Below, piece by piece: positions 1 through 9,847 of a stretch of 64,000 nucleotides of DNA. The stretch is taken from contig OZ219871.1 in assembly GCA_964291495.2 (NCBI GenBank), positions 1,536,001-1,600,000 on the forward strand, read 5' to 3'. The first letter of the stretch is position 1. Every line of letters begins with the position of its first letter. The position numbers were made by a program, and so were the translations under genes. Origin of the DNA: Dehalococcoidia bacterium (lineage in GTDB: Bacteria > Chloroflexota > Dehalococcoidia > UBA2979). Below the pieces are notes generated by a model. It was not told the DNA's origin. It made no database searches and saw only the letters and a list, made by a program, of their open reading frames with translations.

Positions 1-460
1 GCAGCGAGGCGAGGTCGGTCCCCGCGTTGGGCTCCGTGTAGCCGAGCGCGAAGGTCATGTCGCCGCTGACGATCTGCGGCAGCCAATCGCGCTTCTGCTC
101 CTCGGTGCCGAAGCGCATGATCGTGCGCCCGACCGAGCCGACGCTGAGGTGGTCCTGCGGGATGCCGAGGTACCAGAGCTCCTCGGCAAGGATGAAGGCG
201 TGGAGCGCGTCCTTGCCCTGGCCGCCGTACTCGACCGGCCAGCCCATGTTGGTGTAGCCGGCCTCGTTCATCGCCTTGCGGAAGGCGCGCAGTTCCGGGC
301 CGCGGCTATGGCCGAACTCTTCCTCGCCGGCCTCGCGCGCGAGCCCGTCGCGCTCGGACTCGTACAGTTCCGCGAACAGCGCAGGCGTGGCGTGCGTGTC
401 CAGGAAGTCCCGGACCTGTTGGCGGAAGGTCACATGCTCATCGGTCCAGCCAAACTCCAT
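1..460 (-). CDS. Acyl-CoA dehydrogenase family protein (3' part outside window)
   Basis: Not in ORF track. Manual translation MEFGWTDEHVTFRQQVRDFL...GWPVEYGG...RFGTEEQKRDWLPQIVSGDMTFALGYTEPNAGTDLASL; GGAGG upstream of ATG. Confidence 0.93.
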   Translation of the reverse strand, partial: MEFGWTDEHVTFRQQVRDFLDTHATPALFAELYESERDGLAREAGEEEFGHSRGPELRAFRKAMNEAGYTNMGWPVEYGGQGKDALHAFILAEELWYLGIPQDHLSVGSVGRTIMRFGTEEQKRDWLPQIVSGDMTFALGYTEPNAGTDLASL

Positions 461-638
461 GCCGCACCTCCCGAACTTGCCGCCGCGTCGCGCCGCGCAT
501 GCTACCACCAGCAGCGAGGCCCGGCGGGGCGCCGCATCCTGCGCTAGGGTGCGTTCGGCGCTACCGTGACCGGGGCAGGGAGCGACACGTGACGATCGCC
601 AGCGTCGGCGCAACTGACGGCAGGACGGGAACGCCCTG

Positions 639-1745
639 ATGGCCGCCCCACGTGCGCTCTCGCCGTCCGCGCGCGAGTCCGTCGAGGATGTCGCGCGCGC
701 ACACATCGAGCAGGGCCTGCACGCCGCCTCGCAGCTCGCGGTCTATCGCGACGGCGAGCTGCAGATCGACCTCCGGCTCGGGGACGCCGCGCGTCCCTCG
801 GCGCGCATGGTCTGGTTCTCGGCCACCAAGCCGCTCGGCGCCGTCGCAGCGCTGATGATGGTCGAGCGCCTCGCCTTCGACCTCGATCAGCCGATCGCGG
901 CGGCCTGGCCGCAGTTCGGCGAGGGCGGGAAGTGGGCCTGCACGCTGCGCCACGTGCTGACCCACCGCGGCGGCTTTCCCGTCTTCCCGGTCGACTTCGA
1001 CTGGGACCGGCTCGACGACTGGAAGGCCGTCACCGCCGCGACCGCGGCGATCGAGGCAGAGTGGCCGCCGGGCACGGACACCGGCTACCACCCCGTGACC
1101 TACGGGTTCGCGATCGGCGAGCTGGTGCGCCGCCTCGACGGGCGTGAGCCCCGGCAGTTCCTCGCCGACGAGATCATCGGCCCGCTCGGCATGGACGCCT
1201 CGCTCGGCGTGCCGGATGAGGCGCTCGGCGACGTCGTGCCGCTGGAGGCGATGTCGGAGGTCACCCTGCTCGACCCCGAGGGCAGCGAGCGCCGCACCTC
1301 GGACATCGTCGATCGCTTCAACGCCGCGCCGACGCTGCGCGGCCAGCTCCTCGCCGCGAACGGGATCGGCACGGCGGAGGCGCTGGCCCGCTTCTACGAC
1401 TGCCTGCTGCAGGGCGGCGCGCGCGAGGGCGTGCGCCTGCTCCAGCCAGAGACCGTGGAGTTGGCGACGAGCGTGCAGTGGACCACCGATTACGACCGCA
1501 CCTTCACGCTGCCCGCCTCGTACGGCCTCGGGTTCATCGTCGGGGGTGTCTTCGAACCCTTCGATGAGCCGGGCGTGTACGGGCATCCGGGTGCGCAGTC
1601 GACCATCGGCTACGCCGACCCAGTGCGCGGACTGGCGGTCGCCTACCTGACCAATGGGCTGCACGGTCCCGTGGAGGTGCAGCAGCGCTACCGCGAGATC
1701 GCGGAAGCCCTGATTGCGGCCTGCGAGGACTCGGATCGCCCCTAG
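639..1745 (+). CDS. Serine hydrolase, beta-lactamase/EstB family
   Basis: FSATK (SxxK), VLTHRGG, GYHPVTYG, YGHPG motifs. Confidence 0.92.
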   Translation: MAAPRALSPSARESVEDVARAHIEQGLHAASQLAVYRDGELQIDLRLGDAARPSARMVWFSATKPLGAVAALMMVERLAFDLDQPIAAAWPQFGEGGKWACTLRHVLTHRGGFPVFPVDFDWDRLDDWKAVTAATAAIEAEWPPGTDTGYHPVTYGFAIGELVRRLDGREPRQFLADEIIGPLGMDASLGVPDEALGDVVPLEAMSEVTLLDPEGSERRTSDIVDRFNAAPTLRGQLLAANGIGTAEALARFYDCLLQGGAREGVRLLQPETVELATSVQWTTDYDRTFTLPASYGLGFIVGGVFEPFDEPGVYGHPGAQSTIGYADPVRGLAVAYLTNGLHGPVEVQQRYREIAEALIAACEDSDRP

Positions 1746-2035
1746 CCGCGCCCCCGGCCGCCTCGCGGGCGGCGTCGCCGGCGGCGTCGCTGCGCGTGCT
1801 CCGGCCGTTTCGAGCTGGGTGCGGTCGGCTCGTGCACCACGGGCTCCGGTGCCTTCACGAAGCGGCGCGTGAGCCAGCGCGAGAAGAGGATCGACCAGAA
1901 GGCGAACGTCGCGAAGAGGGGGAACGCGATCAGCGTCGATGCCCAGTTGCCGCCGCTCGTCACCAGCGAGACGAGAGACGCGAGGCCGGCGACGACCACC
2001 GTCATCACGAGCAACTGGCGGTCCGGCAGTCTCAT
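1742..2035 (-). CDS. Small two-TM membrane protein with basic C-terminal tail
   Basis: MRLPDRQLLVMTVVVAGLASLV..., two hydrophobic stretches; CATACT 6 nt upstream of the ATG at 2035. Confidence 0.7.
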   Translation of the reverse strand: MRLPDRQLLVMTVVVAGLASLVSLVTSGGNWASTLIAFPLFATFAFWSILFSRWLTRRFVKAPEPVVHEPTAPSSKRPEHAQRRRRRRRPRGGRGRG

Positions 2036-2148
2036 GGCGGCAGTATGCCACTGCCGTGGCGGGAATCGCGCGGATCCCCGGACGTACAATGATCGTCAGG
2101 CAAGCCACGGCACGACGACGGGGTCGGCTACCGGGGGCGGTGCGTACG

Positions 2149-3858
2149 GTGCTCAAGCATGGAGTGCGGCACGTCGCCCCGTGGATGGCGGCGCCGGTGG
2201 TCCTGGCGCTCGTCGCGCTGCTGCTCGCCGCCGCCCGGCTGGCGCCGGTGCACGCCGACGGCGGCGAGGAATCTCACGGCTTCGGACACCTCGCGTACTC
2301 CCGCGACGTATCCGTCCATGAAGTGCCGGTCGAGCTCGCGATCGCCTTCTTCACGGACTGCTCGGAGGTGCCCGAGCTGTCGCCGCCGCGCTGCGGCTCA
2401 CCGCCCGCGAAGTGGTCGGCGGACTCCAATCCGATCGCGATCTGCACCTCGCACACCAATCGCCCGAGCTGGCTCACGGCCAACGCCTTCCGCGACGCGG
2501 TCAGGCAGAGCGCGAGCGCCTGGAATCAGGTCGCTGCGGCAGCCGGCATTCGCTACACGGGAGACTGCCCCGACGCCACGTGGGCGGAGGGCAACGGGCG
2601 CAACGAGATCGCCTTCGACGATGCGCGCAACATTGTGCGGGGGCCGGACGTCGCGCTGACCAGCGCGATCTGGGAATCCAGCTACGAGGACCAGTCGCGG
2701 CGGGTCGTCATCGACCGAGTATTCCTCGAGGCCGACATCGTGATGGACGCGGACCGCGTGGACAGGGGCGCTTGCTTCACGTCGACGGTCGTCCACGAGC
2801 TGGGGCACATGCTCGGTCTCGGGCACAGCGACGACCCGCGCGATCTGATGTACCCGAGCTACAAGCCCGGGGCGCCCGCCGCCTGCCTGCTCCAGCCGGG
2901 CCGTGCCGAGGTCGAGTTGCTGCGCTCGCTGTACGGCCGCAACGAGGCGCCCTCGGTCGACGCCGGTCCAGACCGGGCAGTCGGCCTCTTCGAGGACGTC
3001 GTCCTGAGCGCGGCTGCCAGCGATCCGGAGGACGATTCGCTCACCTTCAGGTGGGTGCAGACGGGCGGTCCGCGGCTGTGGCTGCCGCGCGGCGGCTCGT
3101 CGGCCGAGGTCTCGTTCCGCGCGCCGGGCGAGCCGGCGGTGCTGTTCTTCGAGGTCACGGCCACCGACCGCTACCTGCACAGCGCCACCGACCGCGTCGC
3201 GATCGACGTGTCGGCGGTCGGCGCCCGTCCGCGGCGGTTCCCGATCTTCGAGTCGCACCTGCCGGCACGCTATGTGCCGGGCGCTCCCGAGGGGACGACG
3301 GTGCTGGGCTGGGGAGCCGTCGAGGACGCCCTGCTCTACGAGTTCTGCTCCTCGCCGATCGAGGCCACGTTCGCGCGGCTCTGCACGCGCAACCTCACTG
3401 AGCCGTCGGTCCCGATCACTTGGGAGACGATCCTCGGGGGGGCTGACGAGGCCAGCGACACGGTGCTCCTGACCGGCGGCTGGCGCACCACGAGCATCCG
3501 GGCCTGCAACTCGGGCGGCTGCTCACGGGTGAGCGAGGGTCCGCTCGCCGGGGGCGTGCGCTGGGACGAGCGGAATATCGACTACGACTTCATCGTGCTG
3601 ATCTTCGACGTCTCCGGCGTGCAGTTCACGTTCGCGGCCGCGATCAACCTTTCCGATACGACTCGCCGGTTCGTGTTCGGGAACGGTCCGCCCGAGGATC
3701 CGTTCCAGACGACGATGGGCACGTGCAGCAGACTCGGGCGTAACGGGTTCTGCTACGGCTACCTGGACTTCCAGGTGCGCGATCAGGGACCGGTGGTGGG
3801 GATCCGCAGCACGCGCCCGGGCACCCCGGCGATCGAGCACCACGTTCCCGTGCGCTAG
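2149..3858 (+). CDS. Secreted matrixin (M10/metzincin) metalloprotease with PKD/Ig-like C-terminal domains
   Basis: HELGHMLGLGH zinc motif, LMYP Met-turn, signal peptide ending PVHA, NEAPSVDAGPD...SDPEDDSLTFRWVQTGGP PKD-like repeat. Start uncertain (2149 GTG or 2185 ATG). Confidence 0.88.
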   Translation: MLKHGVRHVAPWMAAPVVLALVALLLAAARLAPVHADGGEESHGFGHLAYSRDVSVHEVPVELAIAFFTDCSEVPELSPPRCGSPPAKWSADSNPIAICTSHTNRPSWLTANAFRDAVRQSASAWNQVAAAAGIRYTGDCPDATWAEGNGRNEIAFDDARNIVRGPDVALTSAIWESSYEDQSRRVVIDRVFLEADIVMDADRVDRGACFTSTVVHELGHMLGLGHSDDPRDLMYPSYKPGAPAACLLQPGRAEVELLRSLYGRNEAPSVDAGPDRAVGLFEDVVLSAAASDPEDDSLTFRWVQTGGPRLWLPRGGSSAEVSFRAPGEPAVLFFEVTATDRYLHSATDRVAIDVSAVGARPRRFPIFESHLPARYVPGAPEGTTVLGWGAVEDALLYEFCSSPIEATFARLCTRNLTEPSVPITWETILGGADEASDTVLLTGGWRTTSIRACNSGGCSRVSEGPLAGGVRWDERNIDYDFIVLIFDVSGVQFTFAAAINLSDTTRRFVFGNGPPEDPFQTTMGTCSRLGRNGFCYGYLDFQVRDQGPVVGIRSTRPGTPAIEHHVPVR

Positions 3859-3905
3859 GCTGTCTCGCCGCATCGCGCGTGCGGCCGAGGCGACACCGCG
3901 CGCGT

Positions 3906-3943
3906 GTTGTGAACATATTCGGCAGGGGTTGTGGACATATACT
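3906..3943 (+). promoter_or_regulatory. Putative men operon promoter/operator (GTTGTGRACATAT twice; Rex-like box; -10 TATACT)
   Basis: AT-rich patch with 13-mers at 3906-3918 and 3928-3940; TATACT at 3938-3943. Confidence 0.5.
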
Positions 3944-3976
3944 TGGTCTGACGGAGCACCGAACGCGGAGCGGCAA

Positions 3977-5371
3977 ATGCCGGAAGACGGCAAGACGTCC
4001 CCAGAGCACGAGCAGGCGAGCGGCCCGACCGCGGGCGCGGCGCGCTCGACGTCAGCCGATCCGCCCTGGGGCAGCGCCCGCTTCTCCTCGATCACCCTGT
4101 CCAGCGACTTCGATCCGCGCGCCCTGCTCACAGGCCCCGACGCGGCCGAGGTGAGCGTGTGCTACGAGCGACCGGACCGCGACCTGGTGCTCGTCGGCAT
4201 GGGCGAGGCGGCGCTCATCACCGCGCCGCCCGGCGAGGGTCCCGAGGCGATTCGCGACGCAGCACTGCGCCTGCTTCGCGACGCCGCTGCGGACGGCGAT
4301 CACCCGGGCCCGCTGCGGCCTCGGCTGCTCGGCGGCTTCGCCTTCGACCCGTCCGCGCCGGCGGGCGGGCAGTGGGGCGGGTTCGACTACGGATGGTTGA
4401 GCCTGCCCCGGCTGCTCTTCGTCCGCGACGGCGAGGACTGCGGCGTGGTGCTCGCGCCGGGCAGCCACCCCGCCGAGGTCGACTACCTGATCGAGCGCAG
4501 CGAACGCGCCGAACCGCCCGCGCGCGAGCGGTCGGCGACGGCGCTGCGCGTGATCTGGGACATCAACCGCCCGGCGCTGATGTACGCCGTCGCCGAGATT
4601 GCCGCGGAGGTCCGGGCCGGGCTCTACGAGAAGGCCGTGCTCGCCTCGGTGCGCGAGCTCGAGACGGCCGCGCCGATCGACCCCGGAGCGACGCTCGCGC
4701 AGCTGCGCGAGGACTACCCGCACTGCTACCTGTTCAGCTTCCGCCGCGGTGACGCGATCTTCCTCGGAGCCAGCCCGGAGCAACTGGCCGGACTGCGCGG
4801 CGGAGCCGTCAGCGCGCTCGGCCTCGCCGGCTCCGCTCGCCGCGGCAGGACGGACGAGGAGGACGCGGAGCTGGGCGAGGCGCTGCTGCGCGACGCCAAG
4901 GAGCGGATCGAGCACGAGATCGTCGTGCGCGCGCTGCGCGAGGGCGTCGCCGGCCTCGCCAGCGACCTCGAGGCGCCGAACCGCCCGGAACTGCTGCGAC
5001 TGCACAACATCCAGCACCTCGCCACCGAGGTGCGTGCACGCGCCCTTCCCGGCGTCGACATCCTCGACCTGGTCGCACGGCTCCACCCGACGCCGGCCGT
5101 CTGCGGCTGGCCGTCCGCGACCGCGCTCGAGGTGATCGCGCGGCACGAGCGCTTCGATCGCGGCTGGTACGCCGGGCCGGTCGGCTGGATGGACGGCGCG
5201 GGCGAGGGCGAGTTCGCGGTCGGACTGCGCTCGGCGCTGATCCGCGGCCGGCGCGCCTGGCTGTTCTCCGGAGCGGGCGTCACGGGCGACTCCACGCCGG
5301 AGTCGGAGCTGGCCGAGATCGAGCTCAAGTTCCGCCCGCTCACCAGCGCCCTCGGCGGCGGTGCGATGTGA
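3977..5371 (+). CDS. menF: Isochorismate synthase
   Basis: EKAVLA, FLGASPE, LAGSARRG, KERIEH, LHPTPAVCG, DRGWYAGPVG, GAGV; first gene of the men cluster. Confidence 0.93.
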   Translation: MPEDGKTSPEHEQASGPTAGAARSTSADPPWGSARFSSITLSSDFDPRALLTGPDAAEVSVCYERPDRDLVLVGMGEAALITAPPGEGPEAIRDAALRLLRDAAADGDHPGPLRPRLLGGFAFDPSAPAGGQWGGFDYGWLSLPRLLFVRDGEDCGVVLAPGSHPAEVDYLIERSERAEPPARERSATALRVIWDINRPALMYAVAEIAAEVRAGLYEKAVLASVRELETAAPIDPGATLAQLREDYPHCYLFSFRRGDAIFLGASPEQLAGLRGGAVSALGLAGSARRGRTDEEDAELGEALLRDAKERIEHEIVVRALREGVAGLASDLEAPNRPELLRLHNIQHLATEVRARALPGVDILDLVARLHPTPAVCGWPSATALEVIARHERFDRGWYAGPVGWMDGAGEGEFAVGLRSALIRGRRAWLFSGAGVTGDSTPESELAEIELKFRPLTSALGGGAM

Positions 5372-7200
5372 GCGCCAACGCCGCCTACCGCTGCCTCGGC
5401 GCGCTCGCTCGGCAGCTTGGCGCCAGCGGCGTGCGCCACGCCGTGATCGCCCCCGGCTCGCGCTCCACGCCGCTCGCGCTTGCGCTCGAACGGACCGAAG
5501 AACTTCGCAGTTGGGTGCACCTCGACGAGCGGGCCGCCGGCTACTTCGCGCTCGGCCTCGCCCGGCAACTGCGTGAGCCCGTCGCGATCGTGACCACCTC
5601 CGGCACCGCCGCCGCGAACCTGCACCCGGCGATCGCCGAGGCGTCGCTCTCGCGCGTGCCGCTGATCGCGCTCACCGCCGACCGGCCGCCCGAGCTGCGC
5701 GACAGCGGCGCGAACCAGACGATCGAGCAGCACGGCCTCTACGGCCGCCACGTGCGCTGGTTCGCCGAGCTGCCGGTCCCCGACGGCTCGCCCGGCCTCG
5801 AGGCCCACGCGCAGCGCAGCGCGGCCCGTGCCGTCGCCGTTGCCGCAGGCCCGCCGGCCGGTCCGGTGCACCTCAACATCCCGCTGCGCGAGCCGCTGAT
5901 CGAGCCCGGCTGGGAGGACGCCCTCGAGGCCTCGGGCGCTCCGCCGGTCGCGGTTTCCCGCCCGCCGGCGCGTGACGCCAGCGAGGCGGCGGCGATGCTG
6001 CTGGAGGCTGCCGACGGGCGCGACGGGCTGATCTTCTGCGGGCCCGCCAACGGCGACCTGCCCGCGCGCGCGATCGCGAGGCTGGCCGAGGCGCTGGGCT
6101 GGCCCATCCTCGCGGACCCGCTCTCCGGGCTGCGCGCCGGCGCGCACCCGCTGACCCACGTGGTCGAGGCCTACGACGCGCTGCTGCGGTCGCCGCGCTT
6201 CGCCTCCGATCCGGGCACGCGGCCCGAGGTCGTGCTGCGCTTCGGTGCGGCCCCGACGACCCGGCCGCTTCTCGAGTACCTGGCGAACCTCGAGGGCGTC
6301 CCGCAACTGGCCGTCGACGCACCCGGAGGCTGGCGCGATCCGGACGCGACCGTCACTTCGATGCTCTGGGCGGACCCCGCCGCGCTCTACGAGGCGGCCG
6401 TCGCGGCGCTGTCCGCGCGCCGCCCGAGCGCCTTCCGCGGTACCCCCGACGACCCCGCGCGCACCGCCGCCCGTGCGGCGCCGGACCGCGCCTTCCTCGA
6501 GCGCTGGACGAGCGCCAATGCCGCCGCCCGCCGCGCCCTCGCCGAGGCGATCGCCGCGCTCGACGAGCCGTTCGAGGGCATGCCGCCCGCCCTGCTCGCC
6601 TCGGCCCTCCCGGACGGCGCAACGCTCGTCGCCGGGAACTCGATGCCGGTCCGCGACCTCGACTCGTTCTTCCCCGCCACCTCGCGCCGCATCCGCATCG
6701 TCGGCACGCGCGGGGCCTCGGGCATCGACGGCGTGGTCTCGACGGCGGTCGGGGCCGTCGCGGCGGGCGAGGGACCGGTCGCGGTGCTGGTCGGCGATCT
6801 CTCGTTCCTGCACGACCTCAACGGGCTCTGGCCGCTGCGGCGCCATGGCCTCTCGCTGCTCGTCGTCCTCGTCAACAACGACGGCGGTGGCATCTTCCAC
6901 TTCCTGCCGCAGCGCGAGCAGGCGGCCGCGCAGTTCGAGGACTGGTTCGGGACGCCGCACGGCCTCGACTTCGAGGGCGTGATCCGCACCTTTGGCGGCC
7001 GCCTGCTGCGACCCGACCTCGCCGAGTGGCGCGAGGCGATCGAGGGCGCCCTCGGCGCACCCGGTCTGACCGTGCTCGAGCTGCGGACCGAGCGCGATCG
7101 CAACGTCGAGCTGCATCGCGAGGTCTGGGCGCGCGCCGCCGCCGCGCTGCGCGAGCTGGACCTCGACGCCGCGCCAGCCGCATCCGCGCCCGCGCGCTGA
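5368..7200 (+). CDS. menD: SEPHCHC synthase
   Basis: PGSRSTPL, DERAAGYFALG, TSGTAAANL, GANQTI, NSMPVRD, RGASGIDG, GDLSFLHD, NNDGGGIF. Confidence 0.97.
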   Translation: MSANAAYRCLGALARQLGASGVRHAVIAPGSRSTPLALALERTEELRSWVHLDERAAGYFALGLARQLREPVAIVTTSGTAAANLHPAIAEASLSRVPLIALTADRPPELRDSGANQTIEQHGLYGRHVRWFAELPVPDGSPGLEAHAQRSAARAVAVAAGPPAGPVHLNIPLREPLIEPGWEDALEASGAPPVAVSRPPARDASEAAAMLLEAADGRDGLIFCGPANGDLPARAIARLAEALGWPILADPLSGLRAGAHPLTHVVEAYDALLRSPRFASDPGTRPEVVLRFGAAPTTRPLLEYLANLEGVPQLAVDAPGGWRDPDATVTSMLWADPAALYEAAVAALSARRPSAFRGTPDDPARTAARAAPDRAFLERWTSANAAARRALAEAIAALDEPFEGMPPALLASALPDGATLVAGNSMPVRDLDSFFPATSRRIRIVGTRGASGIDGVVSTAVGAVAAGEGPVAVLVGDLSFLHDLNGLWPLRRHGLSLLVVLVNNDGGGIFHFLPQREQAAAQFEDWFGTPHGLDFEGVIRTFGGRLLRPDLAEWREAIEGALGAPGLTVLELRTERDRNVELHREVWARAAAALRELDLDAAPAASAPAR

Positions 7201-8036
7201 TGGGCGGCGCGACGGCCGTCGAGATTGACGGCCTCTCGCTGCACGTCACCATCGAGGGCGACGGCCCGCCGCTCGTGCTGCTGCACGGCTTCACCGGCTC
7301 CGCCGACACCTGGCGCGACCTCACGGATCGCCTCGCCGGGGAGTACCGCACGATTGCCCCGGACCTCGTGGGTCACGCCCGCTCCGAGGCGCCCGCGGCG
7401 GTCGAACGCTATGCGATCCGGCGCGCCGCTGCGGACCTCGTCGCGCTACTGCGCGCGCTCGGCCACGAGCGCGCCGCCTGGCTTGGCTACTCGCTCGGCG
7501 GGCGGGTCGCGTTGCAGGTCGCCGCGGACCACCCGCAGGCCGTGGCCGCGCTGCTGCTCGAGGGCGCCTCGCCCGGCATCGCCGACGATGGCGAGCGCGA
7601 GGCGCGACGCGCCTCGGACGATGCGCTCGTCGATCGCATCGAGCGCGACGGCGTCGAGGCATTCGTCGACGAGTGGGAGCAGCTTCCGCTCTTCGCCTCG
7701 CAGCGCGACATGTCCGAGGAGGCTCGTGCCGCCGTGCGCGCCACGCGGCTCGCTCAGCGCGCGCACGGCCTCGCGAACTCGCTGCGCGGCATGGGCGCCG
7801 GGGCGCAGGCGCCGCTGCACGAGCGGCTGCCCTCGATCGCTGCGCCGGCGCTGCTGATGGCCGGTTCACTCGACGAGAAGTACGTGGCGATCGCCGGGGA
7901 TATGGCGCGCACGCTGCCGGACGCTACGATTGGCGTGATCGAGGGCGCCGGCCACGCCGCGCACCTCGAACGGCCCGAGGCGTTCGCGCAGGCGGTCGAG
8001 GACCTCCTGCGTCGCGCCTACCCTCCCACGGGTTGA
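7200..8036 (+). CDS. menH: SHCHC synthase (alpha/beta hydrolase)
   Basis: [34 protein letters not shown]; TGATG overlap with menD. Confidence 0.95.
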   Translation: MGGATAVEIDGLSLHVTIEGDGPPLVLLHGFTGSADTWRDLTDRLAGEYRTIAPDLVGHARSEAPAAVERYAIRRAAADLVALLRALGHERAAWLGYSLGGRVALQVAADHPQAVAALLLEGASPGIADDGEREARRASDDALVDRIERDGVEAFVDEWEQLPLFASQRDMSEEARAAVRATRLAQRAHGLANSLRGMGAGAQAPLHERLPSIAAPALLMAGSLDEKYVAIAGDMARTLPDATIGVIEGAGHAAHLERPEAFAQAVEDLLRRAYPPTG

Positions 8037-8061
8037 TGGGAATGAATCGCAGGGGGAAGCG

Positions 8062-8904
8062 ATGAGCGAAGCAGACGGCGCGACCGCTGTGGTCGAATGG
8101 CAGCAGGCCGGCGACTACACCGACATCCTGTACGAGACCTCGGGCGGCATCGCCAGGATCACGATCAACCGCCCGGAGGTGCACAACGCCTTCCGGCCGC
8201 AGACCGTCGACGAGATGCTCGATGCGTTCATGGAGGCGCACCACGACGCGGCGATCGGCGTGGTCCTCTTCACCGGCGCGGGCACGCGCGCCTTCTGCTC
8301 CGGCGGCGACCAGCGCGTGCGCGGCGAGGGCGGCTACGTCGGCGACGACGGCGTGCCGCGCCTCAACGTGCTGCCCTTGCAGCGCTACATCCGCTCGATG
8401 CCGAAGCCGGTGATCGCTCTCGTCAACGGCTACGCGATCGGCGGCGGCCACGTGCTGCACGTGATCTGCGACCTCTCGATCGCCTCGGAGACCGCGATCT
8501 TCGGCCAGACCGGCCCGCGCGTCGGCTCCTTCGACGCCGGTCTCGGCGCGACGCAGCTGGCGCGCATCGTCGGGCACAAGAAGGCGCGCGAGATCTGGTT
8601 CCTCTGCCGCCAGTACAGCGCGCAGCAGGCGCTGGAGATGGGCCTCGTCAACGAGGTCGTCCCGCCCGAGGAGCTCGAGGCCGAGGGCGTGCGCTGGGCG
8701 AACGAGATCCTCGAGCTGAGTCCCACGGCGCTGCGCTTCCTCAAGATGTCCTTCCTCGCCGACACGGACGGGCTGGCCGGCATCCAGCAGCTCGCCGGGG
8801 ATGCGACCTCGCTGTTCTACATGTCGGACGAGGGCAAGGAGGGCAAGAACGCCTTCCTCGAGAAGCGCCAGCCGGACTTCTCGAAGTACCCGCGCCTTCC
8901 CTGA
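8062..8904 (+). CDS. menB: 1,4-dihydroxy-2-naphthoyl-CoA synthase
   Basis: [49 protein letters not shown]. Confidence 0.98.
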   Translation: MSEADGATAVVEWQQAGDYTDILYETSGGIARITINRPEVHNAFRPQTVDEMLDAFMEAHHDAAIGVVLFTGAGTRAFCSGGDQRVRGEGGYVGDDGVPRLNVLPLQRYIRSMPKPVIALVNGYAIGGGHVLHVICDLSIASETAIFGQTGPRVGSFDAGLGATQLARIVGHKKAREIWFLCRQYSAQQALEMGLVNEVVPPEELEAEGVRWANEILELSPTALRFLKMSFLADTDGLAGIQQLAGDATSLFYMSDEGKEGKNAFLEKRQPDFSKYPRLP

Positions 8905-8920
8905 GCGGCGAAGCCCCGGC

Positions 8921-9838
8921 GTGAGCAGCGAGGCGGCGCGCGTGACGCCACCGGACGGCAGCCCCTCCGGCCTCAAGGTCTGGGTGCTGGCCGCGCGTCT
9001 GCCGACGCTGACAGCCGCCGTCGCGCCCGTCGCCGTCGGCACGGGCGTGGCCGTGCACGACGACGTCTTCGCCTTCGTGCCCGCGCTCGCCGCGCTGATC
9101 GGCGCGCTTGCGATCCAGGTCGGTGCGAACCTCGCGAACGACGTCTCCGACTTCCGCCGGGGCGCGGACACGGCCGAGCGGATCGGCCCGCCGCGCGTCA
9201 CGCAGCTCGGGCTGCTCAGCGAGCGCCAGGTGCTGCTGGGAATGTGGGGCGCGTTTGCGATCGCGACGCTGGCCGGCGTCTACCTCACCGCCGTCGCGGG
9301 CTGGCCCGTGGTCGCCGCCGGGGTCGCCTCGATCCTCGCGGCGATCGCCTACACGGGCGGGCCCTGGCCGTTCGGCTATCGCGGGCTCGGCGAGGTGTTC
9401 ACCTTCGTCTTCTTCGGCCTCGTCGCCGTCGCCGGCACGTACTACGTGCAGGCGGAAACGCTCAGCCTCGAGGTGCTGGCGGCCGCCGTGCCCGTGGGCC
9501 TCACGGTCTCCGCGATCCTGATCGTGAACAACATCCGCGACATCGAGACGGACGCCGCCGCGGGCAAGCGCACGCTGGCCGTGATGCTCGGAAGGCGGCT
9601 CTCGCGCTGGCAGTTCGGCGCGACACTGGCGCTGGCCTGGCTGACGGCGGTCGCGCTCTGGCCGGTCGGTTTCGGCCCGCAGGCGCTGCTCGCGCTGCTC
9701 GCGCTGCCGCTCGCGATCGGCCCGCTGCGCGCGGTCCTGACCAGCGAGGACGGCCCGACGCTCAACGCCGCGCTGCGCGCCACGGCGCGGCTGCACCTCG
9801 CCCTCGGCCTGCTCATCGCCGTCGGCGCGGCGGTGTAG
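8921..9838 (+). CDS. menA: DHNA polyprenyltransferase
   Basis: ARLPTL, NLANDVSDFRRGAD, YTGGPWPFGYRGLGE, NNIRDIETDAAAGKRTL. Confidence 0.95.
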   Translation: MSSEAARVTPPDGSPSGLKVWVLAARLPTLTAAVAPVAVGTGVAVHDDVFAFVPALAALIGALAIQVGANLANDVSDFRRGADTAERIGPPRVTQLGLLSERQVLLGMWGAFAIATLAGVYLTAVAGWPVVAAGVASILAAIAYTGGPWPFGYRGLGEVFTFVFFGLVAVAGTYYVQAETLSLEVLAAAVPVGLTVSAILIVNNIRDIETDAAAGKRTLAVMLGRRLSRWQFGATLALAWLTAVALWPVGFGPQALLALLALPLAIGPLRAVLTSEDGPTLNAALRATARLHLALGLLIAVGAAV

Positions 9839-9847
9839 GGACGCAAC

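Noticed and set aside
3907-3940. TGTGGACAT and TGTGAACAT as DnaA boxes or oriC
   Set aside because: Only two imperfect matches, no unwinding element and no dnaA context.
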